Positions 1 through 6,902 of a stretch of 27,443 nt of DNA are shown here, one piece after another (the first letter of the stretch is position 1; each line of letters begins with the position of its first letter). The notes under the pieces were generated by a model. The model saw nothing but the letters and a program-made list of their open reading frames with translations, was not told the origin of the DNA and did no database searches. The stretch covers positions 1 to 27,443 of the IMG/VR virus record IMGVR_UViG_3300034777_000409; one strand, written 5' to 3'. This DNA comes from a virus (taxonomy: Duplodnaviria > Caudoviricetes). The position numbers were made by a program, and so were the translations under genes.

Positions 1-49
1 CCCGGCACGGGAAAGTGCAAACCAATAATAACAATTAAAACCAAAACCA

Positions 50-340
50 ATGACGTTTTATTACGAGACTAATTCGTGGACTAGTCAACCGCAACCAAAC
101 CATAACCAAGTTAAACTATGGAACCATATATGCAACAAAGCTAACTGGCGCATAGTCCAATTACCAAATGGTTATTACCAAACAGAATATCAAGATCTTC
201 AAGATGAAGAAAAGTGGATTGACGTCACAAGGCGTGAAACAATGCAAGCTGCAGAAACTGCAATTGATAAAACTGTTGAACACTACCAAAAGAAAGTTGA
301 ATTTTTAAACGGGCCCAAAGTGGTCAAAACCTTTAAGTAG
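50..340 (+). CDS. Hypothetical phage protein (96 aa)
   Basis: Clean ORF with an A-rich leader, same strand as all neighbours; no motif recognised. Confidence 0.75.
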   Translation: MTFYYETNSWTSQPQPNHNQVKLWNHICNKANWRIVQLPNGYYQTEYQDLQDEEKWIDVTRRETMQAAETAIDKTVEHYQKKVEFLNGPKVVKTFK

Positions 341-373
341 TATAATTTACAATATAATATAATTTAATTTAAT

Positions 374-1930
374 ATGACTGACAAAATTGTTAAGAATCTT
401 AACTTTGGTAATAATGCCAAAGAAAAAGTTTTTACTGGAATTGAAAAACTCACAAAAGCCGTTAGCTCTACATTAGGGGCTAGCGGTAAATGTGTAATTC
501 TTGAAGATAATACAGGCAGGCCTGTTATTACAAAAGACGGAGTGACTGTTGCAAATGCAATTACACTATTAGATCCGGTTGAAAATATCGGGGCAACTCT
601 AATAAAGCAGGCGGCACAAAGAACCGTAAGCGAGGCTGGCGATGGAACTACCACGGCAACGGTACTGGCGCATGCAATACTTAAGCAAGCTTACAAAGCG
701 CTTAAATCGCATGGCACTCGCAATATTAAAGACGGTATAAACATAGGGGTTAAAAAGGTTTGCGCAGCTTTAGAAAAGCTAGCAATACCGGTAGCGGGGG
801 ACATGGTAAACCAAGTTGCTACAATATCTGCTAATAATGATAAAAAACTTGGCGATTTAATCGCAGAGGCTTTTAAAGCTGTAAACAATACAGGGGTAGT
901 TATGATGGAAACATCCAACGAGGCTACTACCACAATTGAAATTGTTGATGGGGTACAATATGATAAAGGACTTAAAAACTTTCATTTTGTTACTAATAAA
1001 GAAAATGGAACTTCAGAACTAAATAATCCTTTAGTTTTAATTATAGAATCAGAGGTTCCTAATGTAAGAAAAATACAAAGCGTATTAGAGTACGTTATAA
1101 AAAATAAGAGAAGCCTTTTGATAGTGGCTGATTTAGGGCTGGAGGTTTTGAATGCTTTAGCTATGAACCACGTAAAAGGCAATATAAAAGTAAACGTTGT
1201 TGATGCTCCCACGTATGGGGTGACCAAAAAAGAAGTATTGCAGGATCTAGCGTTATTAACAGGCGCGACCGTGATAAATGAAAATCTTGGTGACGACATG
1301 GATCTGATACAGCCAGAGCATCTTGGCGAATGTTTAAAATCTGTAACTAATAATGAAGAAACGATTTTTCAAATTAACGAACCCTGTGAAGAAGCTCAAG
1401 AGCTTTTACAACAAGTTAAAAAACAGCTTGATGAAAATGCGCAATCAGGTTTTAGATTTCGACTTGAAAAAAGAATTGCTCGTCTCTCCGCTAAAGTGGC
1501 TTCTGTCAAAGTTGGAGCAAACTCAGAAGTAGAGTTAAAAGAGAAAAAAGATAGAGTTGAAGACGCTATTTGTGCTACAAAAGCCGCAATAAAAGAAGGT
1601 ATAGTTCCAGGAGGAGGTATTGCTTTGCTTAATGCATCTACTGCTATAACAGCTAAAAGTGAGGGTGAAAAAGTTTTACTTGAAGCAATAAAGGCTCCAT
1701 ACGAAACAATCCTCAGCAATGCAGGTTTAGATATTGTTTATCCTCAAACAAAAAATAAGGGGTTAAACGTTGTTACAGGTAAGGACGTAAATATGGTACA
1801 GGCGGGCATTATTGATCCTTTGTTGGTTACCAAAAGTGCCTTAAAAAATGCGGCTTCCGTAGCGACAACTATAATTTCAACAGATTGTGTAATTAACAAC
1901 TTAAGAGTTACAGATGAAAGCAATAGGTAG
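374..1930 (+). CDS. groEL: Phage-encoded group I chaperonin GroEL (Cpn60)
   Basis: ITKDGVTVA, AGDGTTTATVLA (nucleotide binding), RVEDA (catalytic Asp), GIVPGGG and GIIDP motifs; 518 aa; no C-terminal GGM tail. Confidence 0.97.
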   Translation: MTDKIVKNLNFGNNAKEKVFTGIEKLTKAVSSTLGASGKCVILEDNTGRPVITKDGVTVANAITLLDPVENIGATLIKQAAQRTVSEAGDGTTTATVLAHAILKQAYKALKSHGTRNIKDGINIGVKKVCAALEKLAIPVAGDMVNQVATISANNDKKLGDLIAEAFKAVNNTGVVMMETSNEATTTIEIVDGVQYDKGLKNFHFVTNKENGTSELNNPLVLIIESEVPNVRKIQSVLEYVIKNKRSLLIVADLGLEVLNALAMNHVKGNIKVNVVDAPTYGVTKKEVLQDLALLTGATVINENLGDDMDLIQPEHLGECLKSVTNNEETIFQINEPCEEAQELLQQVKKQLDENAQSGFRFRLEKRIARLSAKVASVKVGANSEVELKEKKDRVEDAICATKAAIKEGIVPGGGIALLNASTAITAKSEGEKVLLEAIKAPYETILSNAGLDIVYPQTKNKGLNVVTGKDVNMVQAGIIDPLLVTKSALKNAASVATTIISTDCVINNLRVTDESNR

Positions 1931-2174
1931 AAATTTAGTTATATCAAAGAAAAAGCAAGGCACAACTGAAACAAAAGGGGGATTGCTTATAGCGGAAAAA
2001 CAGCGTGAAGACATTAGATACGCAGAGGCGCGTGTTGTTTCTGCAGGCAACGAGGTGGTTGGTGTAAATGAAGGTGATGTAATATATTATGATCGCCATG
2101 CAGGGCACCAGATAGAGTTTGAAAGCAAAATGTACCATGTCATTCGAATGCAAGACGTGGTTGTTGTTGCATGA
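1914..2174 (+). CDS. groES: Co-chaperonin GroES (Cpn10)
   Basis: Mobile loop TETKGGLLI, ARVVSAG, GDVIYY, terminal IRMQDVV; overlaps the groEL 3' end. Confidence 0.9.
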   Translation: MKAIGRNLVISKKKQGTTETKGGLLIAEKQREDIRYAEARVVSAGNEVVGVNEGDVIYYDRHAGHQIEFESKMYHVIRMQDVVVVA

Positions 2175-2590
2175 GGCGTTTAGAAGCGGCTGATCTGCGT
2201 AGCTTAAACATTTTAAAGCACTACCGTATAATTAGAAAGTGGGCTGCTAAGAGTTACAATTTACAAGAAGCAGATTTAGAGCTTTTAATATACTTTGATT
2301 GCTTAGGTCACTTTAAAAAAAACGATTATAAAATAGGCGTGCTTGCTTACAGCTGGGATAATAAAAGATGGAATAGGCTTTTAAAAGAAGATTGGGTAAC
2401 TGTGTGGCGAAAAAGAAACCATACGACCCAAAAGTACAATATATATAAAACTTCCTTTAAGTGTAAGCAAATGATTACGCGCATGTACAAAATGCTCTTA
2501 GACGAGGAGGAAATACCACTGATAAAAAAGCCCCAATCATATTCAGAGCGTATGCTTGGGTTAGCAATAAAAAAAATAAATTATGAGTAG
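2171..2590 (+). CDS. Hypothetical protein, possibly winged-helix DNA-binding
   Basis: ATGA overlap with groES; basic and aromatic-rich; LELLIYF helix followed by a W/K/R-rich segment. The fold is inference. Confidence 0.65.
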   Translation: MRRLEAADLRSLNILKHYRIIRKWAAKSYNLQEADLELLIYFDCLGHFKKNDYKIGVLAYSWDNKRWNRLLKEDWVTVWRKRNHTTQKYNIYKTSFKCKQMITRMYKMLLDEEEIPLIKKPQSYSERMLGLAIKKINYE

Positions 2591-3071
2591 CGATAACACA
2601 AAGTTTACAGTACCCGGTATAAAAGCTAGCCGTATTTCAGCGCGAGTGGACACAAGTAAAATAGGTCAGACGGCAGATTGGAGTAGTATTGGCCAAAATA
2701 TAGCCCAGGGTGGAGACAGTATTGCGGCCGGTATACAAGCCAAAAAAACCCAACTTCAGATAGCTGAGGGGCAAATGGAAGAAGGGGCAAAACCTGTAAA
2801 TAAACTGCAAGCTAAGATTGACAAAGCTACGGCAGAAGGTAAAGACTCAAAAGCAGCTAGACTTCAAGGCAGAAAAGATCGACGCGACGTACGTGATGAT
2901 GCAAGAGCTGAGCGTATTAAAACGCGTAATAAAGAACGAATGGCGCAAACTCAAGCAAGGCAGGATAAAAAAGACGAAAAGTTTGAGGACAGAAGAGAAG
3001 ACAATAATGTTCCATTTAGCAGCTTTAGCCAAGTATTTGATAGATTTTCAACAATAGCAAAAAAATTATAA
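2583..3071 (+). CDS. Highly charged protein with an N-terminal leader shared with the ejection-region protein at 26048
   Basis: Residues 11-52 align without gaps to residues 10-51 of the 26048 ORF (18/42 identical); K/R/D/E-rich helical C-half. Confidence 0.75.
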   Translation: MSSDNTKFTVPGIKASRISARVDTSKIGQTADWSSIGQNIAQGGDSIAAGIQAKKTQLQIAEGQMEEGAKPVNKLQAKIDKATAEGKDSKAARLQGRKDRRDVRDDARAERIKTRNKERMAQTQARQDKKDEKFEDRREDNNVPFSSFSQVFDRFSTIAKKL

Positions 3072-3072
3072 T

Positions 3073-3786
3073 ATGAGTACAACAGCAGCAGCGGTAGCAG
3101 CGGGAAGTAATAACAACAGCGAAGGTTCAAGTAAAATGAAACAATTCATACTTGCCGGAGGCAAAGGTGCGCTTGGAGCTCTTGGCGGGGCAATTAGAGG
3201 TGGCTCAGCAGTTGCAGCGCAGATAAAAACAGCTGATCCAAATGCGGTAGTTGGAAGTTCAAATACGAGTGGTGTGATGGCAGAACCCGAAATGCCAGAA
3301 ATAACTGGTGCCATGATAGGTGGTACAATGCGAAATAACCCCAACGTTATAGAACCAAACTCGACAACTAATTTACAGGACATCCCTGGAATGAGCGCTT
3401 ATGATCTACGCCAAAAATACGCGGAGCTAATAACTAGTGGAACAGCAGGAAGTGGATCAAATAGAAATTTATTAAAAGCGTATGCGTCAAGAATTAAAGA
3501 ATTAAGCTCCGGACCCAATGGGGGCGGTGCATTTGGTGCGTTTACAGGGTTTAATGCCGCAACAAAAGATCCCCATTCTTTTTTGGAAAACCAAGATCAA
3601 TATAGCGTGGAAGAAAATGTTAATAGCATGAATGACTCTATTGAAATGATGGAAACCGGCGGATTTTCCCCAACGGCTAAATCCACAGCAACAGGCGTAT
3701 TTGGAAGTCAAGATCAAAGAGATTTGGCTGTAGGAGCGTCTACATCAGAAAAAATGCTAGCTAGCTTAAGCAGAACTCAAAGTTAA
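3073..3786 (+). CDS. Gly/Ala/Ser-rich hypothetical protein (candidate internal virion protein)
   Basis: 237-aa ORF starting 1 nt after the previous stop; GxxxG-rich segment GGKGALGALGGAIRGG. Confidence 0.7.
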   Translation: MSTTAAAVAAGSNNNSEGSSKMKQFILAGGKGALGALGGAIRGGSAVAAQIKTADPNAVVGSSNTSGVMAEPEMPEITGAMIGGTMRNNPNVIEPNSTTNLQDIPGMSAYDLRQKYAELITSGTAGSGSNRNLLKAYASRIKELSSGPNGGGAFGAFTGFNAATKDPHSFLENQDQYSVEENVNSMNDSIEMMETGGFSPTAKSTATGVFGSQDQRDLAVGASTSEKMLASLSRTQS

Positions 3787-3805
3787 AAATAATAAATAAT
3801 TAATT

Positions 3806-4000
3806 ATGTCAAAACACAATTATAAAAAACCATTGCAAGGAACAGTAGGGGAATCTCACGTATGGGACGGCCCTATTGATTTAGACGAACTTCCACAAGT
3901 TAAAGGAAGTAACCGCGGGCCAAACGGTATGCAAGTAAAAAAGTATCCCTGCAAATCATATGAATTGCAAGGACCAATTACACAACGCGCAAAACAATAA
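3806..4000 (+). CDS. Small hypothetical phage protein (64 aa)
   Basis: AT-rich leader; fills the gap in the operon; GESHVWDGP segment. Confidence 0.7.
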   Translation: MSKHNYKKPLQGTVGESHVWDGPIDLDELPQVKGSNRGPNGMQVKKYPCKSYELQGPITQRAKQ

Positions 4001-4002
4001 TT

Positions 4003-4317
4003 ATGTACGTTCAGCATAACTCACCGTTAGATAAAAAAGGGGATGCTCCGTCTAGAAAGAAATCGAAAGGGTATTACGCTAAAGTAAAAAAAGGTAGCGG
4101 CACCGGGAGTAAAGCTGGCGGTGGCATGACTGAAAAAGGCGTTAAAAAATACCGTAAAGATAATCCAGGTAGTAAGCTATCAACAGCTGTAACTACGCCT
4201 CCTTCGAAGCTTAAAAAAGGAAGTAAAGCGTGGAAACGCAGAAAATCATTTTGCGCACGATCTAAAGGCTGGAAGTCTGAAAGAGGTAGAGCTGCGCGAA
4301 GAAAATGGAATTGCTAA
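4003..4317 (+). CDS. Very basic phage protein (RRKSFCAR type, DUF6321-like)
   Basis: GGGMTEKGVKKYRKDNPGSKL...RRKSFCAR...RRKWNC pattern, recalled from small phage proteins; the DUF number is tentative. Confidence 0.7.
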   Translation: MYVQHNSPLDKKGDAPSRKKSKGYYAKVKKGSGTGSKAGGGMTEKGVKKYRKDNPGSKLSTAVTTPPSKLKKGSKAWKRRKSFCARSKGWKSERGRAARRKWNC

Positions 4318-4318
4318 T

Positions 4319-4486
4319 ATGAAAGATAAAGGGCTTGGCGATACTATAGCGCGTGCTACTAAAGCTACAGGTATAGATAAGTTTGCAAATAGACTAGCAA
4401 ATGGTTTAAATATACCAGGCGGCTGTGGATGCAAAAAGCGGCAAGAATATCTTAATAAGGTTGTACCATACGGAAAACAAAAATAA
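4319..4486 (+). CDS. Small 55-aa protein with GLGDT and CGC motifs (not in the supplied ORF track)
   Basis: ATG at 4319, TAA at 4484-4486 overlapping the next ATG (TAATG). Translation: MKDKGLGDTIARATKATGIDKFANRLANGLNIPGGCGCKKRQEYLNKVVPYGKQK. Confidence 0.85.
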   Translation: MKDKGLGDTIARATKATGIDKFANRLANGLNIPGGCGCKKRQEYLNKVVPYGKQK

Positions 4487-4794
4487 TGGCTTTTAAATTA
4501 AAACCCTTTTACTCATTAGATAATACTCCCATTTATCATGTAGATATGGAAGATGGCGTTTTAGGAAAAGCTAATAACAATGGAACAATTATTGTTAGCA
4601 ATAAAATAAATAGCCCTGTTCAGCTCAAAGATGTTGTAGATCACGAAATGATTCATATAAATCAAATGAAGCGTGGTGATCTAGATTACGACGATAAATA
4701 TGTTTATTGGAAAGGTAAAAAATATTTAAGATCAGAAATGCAGGAAGGAAATAAAAAATTGCCTTGGGAGGCAGAAGCATATAAAAACGCATAA
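4486..4794 (+). CDS. Minimal zincin-type metallopeptidase
   Basis: HEMIH (HEXXH) helix preceded by the LGKA...IIV strands; downstream PWEAEAY provides a candidate third Zn ligand Glu. Confidence 0.8.
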   Translation: MAFKLKPFYSLDNTPIYHVDMEDGVLGKANNNGTIIVSNKINSPVQLKDVVDHEMIHINQMKRGDLDYDDKYVYWKGKKYLRSEMQEGNKKLPWEAEAYKNA

Positions 4795-4804
4795 AATAAA
4801 AAAA

Positions 4805-5191
4805 ATGGCATATACACAAAAACCTGGACGCGGTAATGGAAATCCTATTATGAAGGTGTCCGACAAATTAAAAGAAGGTAGCGGATTAATGTTACTAGGA
4901 GATTTAGACAAGAATGGGGTGCTAAACCCATACGAAAAAAAACGCCAGGCTGCCATTGTAGCAAACACCAGTCCGGCTTCAATGTATGGAGCTCCTATAG
5001 AAATGAAAGCAAATAATGGGCCAATGCCACAGTCCGGCTTAAACTATGGTGCGCCACTAAAAAAAGCGGGCGATGGTGAAGTTCCGCAAAAAACAAATAA
5101 GTGGCTACAAAGTAGCGGAAGCACTGGCGGCTCAACTTATGCTAGCGGAAAAAAGCGTACGATAGTAAAAAAAGCGGCTAACACGCAATAA
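4805..5191 (+). CDS. Small basic protein with an EF-hand-like loop, YGAP repeats and a C-terminal copy of part of the downstream hydrolase
   Basis: DLDKNGVLNPYE fits DxDxNGxxxxxE; YGAPIEMK/YGAPLKK; 5069-5158 duplicates 5467-5556. Confidence 0.75.
   Translation: MAYTQKPGRGNGNPIMKVSDKLKEGSGLMLLGDLDKNGVLNPYEKKRQAAIVANTSPASMYGAPIEMKANNGPMPQSGLNYGAPLKKAGDGEVPQKTNKWLQSSGSTGGSTYASGKKRTIVKKAANTQ
5069..5158 (+). repeat. Imperfect direct repeat, copy 1 (90 nt; partner 5467-5556)
   Basis: Manual ungapped alignment, 71/90 identical, in frame in both genes; shared blocks TTCCGCAAAAAACA, TGGCTACAAAGTAG and GCTCAACTTATGCT. Confidence 0.92.
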
Positions 5192-5208
5192 TATAGATAT
5201 AATTTTAT

Positions 5209-6156
5209 ATGGCTTTTAAACTCAACAACCCAACAGATCCGCCTTCTGGCAGTACAAATACCGACGCTGAAAACTTACGTCAAAAACGTATAGACGCATG
5301 GAAAGCGTTAGACGCTGAGCGTAAAAGAGTCATGAATATCAGAAAAAAAATTGACGAGACTGCTGAAACCGCCGTGGGCGAAATTGAATTTGACGAGGAG
5401 GGGGAAGCAATTACACAGCCATATACCATAGATTACGGAACAAACGACATGAGAGCCGGGGTTAAGGGCGCTGGCGTAATTCCGCAAAAAACATACGAAT
5501 GGCTACAAAGTAGGGGTGGCGCGGGCTGCTCAACTTATGCTTGCGGCATAATGCGCCAAGCAGGTGTGACTGTTCCTAATTCAGTTGGGCCAGAAGGAAT
5601 AACTATAAACAATGTTACGTACAAGGCCGGCGACAAAATGCCAATCATACCAGGTAATGCACAATTTGATGCGGTAGCGCCTATGCTTGGATTTGAATTA
5701 AAAGCTCCTGGTAGTTTGCCAGAAGAAGGCGATGTTACTAGGGTGGGTTATGGCTATGGACTAACAACTCATTCTACAATTCAAACAGGTGGAGGGCGGA
5801 ATGTTTATAATCCAGGAACACCGGAATACGGTTTGAAGGAATCGCAGTACTTCGCTGAGCCATCTGATTTTAAAGGTATGTCCAAAGAGGAGTCGAAAGA
5901 ATTTATAGAGCAAAGTGGAGAGTTTTACCCGGGCCTGAAGGCAAAGCTTGCAGAGGACAAAAGAATATATCCTAACAGATTAATGCAATATACGGGGGAT
6001 TTGCCGGCGTTGCGAAAACAATATAGACAAGCCGTGGAGGCAGCTCCTTACAAACCGGTAGTCACTCTGAAACCAAAACCAATTAAGCTAAGTTCCCCAA
6101 AACCAACAGCACAATTACCAACTAATATGTCGAATTTTTTTAATAGAAATAAATAA
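5209..6156 (+). CDS. Putative NlpC/P60 (papain-fold, Cys-His) peptidoglycan hydrolase/amidase
   Basis: GCSTYACGIMRQAG nucleophile helix, then GDV...THSTI...VYNPG, the order expected for this fold; MAFKL N-terminus; Pro/Lys-rich tail. Confidence 0.6.
   Translation: MAFKLNNPTDPPSGSTNTDAENLRQKRIDAWKALDAERKRVMNIRKKIDETAETAVGEIEFDEEGEAITQPYTIDYGTNDMRAGVKGAGVIPQKTYEWLQSRGGAGCSTYACGIMRQAGVTVPNSVGPEGITINNVTYKAGDKMPIIPGNAQFDAVAPMLGFELKAPGSLPEEGDVTRVGYGYGLTTHSTIQTGGGRNVYNPGTPEYGLKESQYFAEPSDFKGMSKEESKEFIEQSGEFYPGLKAKLAEDKRIYPNRLMQYTGDLPALRKQYRQAVEAAPYKPVVTLKPKPIKLSSPKPTAQLPTNMSNFFNRNK
5467..5556 (+). repeat. Imperfect direct repeat, copy 2 (covers the putative catalytic Cys)
   Basis: 398 nt downstream of copy 1; encodes GAGVIPQKTYEWLQSRGGAGCSTYACGIMR. 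Confidence 0.92.
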
Positions 6157-6170
6157 TTTAATTTAATAAA

Positions 6171-6902
6171 ATGAAAAAGCTAGTTTTTATTTTAGCTTTT
6201 CTTTGCTTAGGCATTACTAATGCTCAAGACAAACTTTCTATATCTAATTATTTTAAAATACCAGAAAGTTATAAAAGAATAGCTGAAACTAATTACCATA
6301 AATGGTTAATTAATAAAGAAATAAAAGTAGAAGAAGTAAAAACTTATGACGGATACACTGTATATGGATTGGGGGATTATTATGCTGCAAAGTTTGATTA
6401 CAATATTGGCAAAAGAAATTTGCATCAGTGCGCGGACGCGGCTATGTATTTTAGAGCCTGGTATCATTTTAATAAAGGCGATATAAATAAAATAACATTT
6501 ACATTTACAGACGGCACAAAGTACAGCTATAGTGAATTTTTAAAACAAAAGAATCTTAGCAATACGTTTAAAAGCTTAAATAAGTATATGGTTATTATAT
6601 GGTCTTATGCTGGAACGTGGTCAATAAACGAGTACGATACGATACCCGTAAGCATAAATAACATGTCTGCTGGTGATATATTTGTTATAGGTGGATTTCC
6701 AGGTCATGCAGTAACTATTGTGGACATAATAGAAAACGAATGTGGAAATAAAAAAATAATGATTTCACAAAGTTTTATGCCAGCGCAAGATCATCATATA
6801 TTATTAAATCCAAAAAGTAATACTGTTTGGTTTGATATAAATGAAGTGCACAATACAGGATTTTACTTTACTGAAAACAATTTAAAAAGATTTAAAATAT
6901 AA
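6171..6902 (+). CDS. DUF4846-like secreted protein (Cys-His motifs)
   Basis: Sec signal MKKLVFILAFLCLGITNA|QD; HQCADA, YAGT, GDIFVIGGFPGHAV and QSFMPAQ motifs recognised as this Bacteroidota-associated family. Confidence 0.8.
   Translation: MKKLVFILAFLCLGITNAQDKLSISNYFKIPESYKRIAETNYHKWLINKEIKVEEVKTYDGYTVYGLGDYYAAKFDYNIGKRNLHQCADAAMYFRAWYHFNKGDINKITFTFTDGTKYSYSEFLKQKNLSNTFKSLNKYMVIIWSYAGTWSINEYDTIPVSINNMSAGDIFVIGGFPGHAVTIVDIIENECGNKKIMISQSFMPAQDHHILLNPKSNTVWFDINEVHNTGFYFTENNLKRFKI

Noticed and set aside
374-2174. Host chromosomal groE operon flanking a prophage
   Set aside because: Reversed gene order, divergent sequence, no GGM tail, and overlap-coupling to phage-type ORFs.
5069-5556. Calling a canonical active DGR as a feature
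   Set aside because: 8 of 19 mismatches are at non-A positions; no RT or Avd gene and no obvious IMH/hairpin; the target is not a C-terminal lectin-type region. Kept only as a hypothesis.
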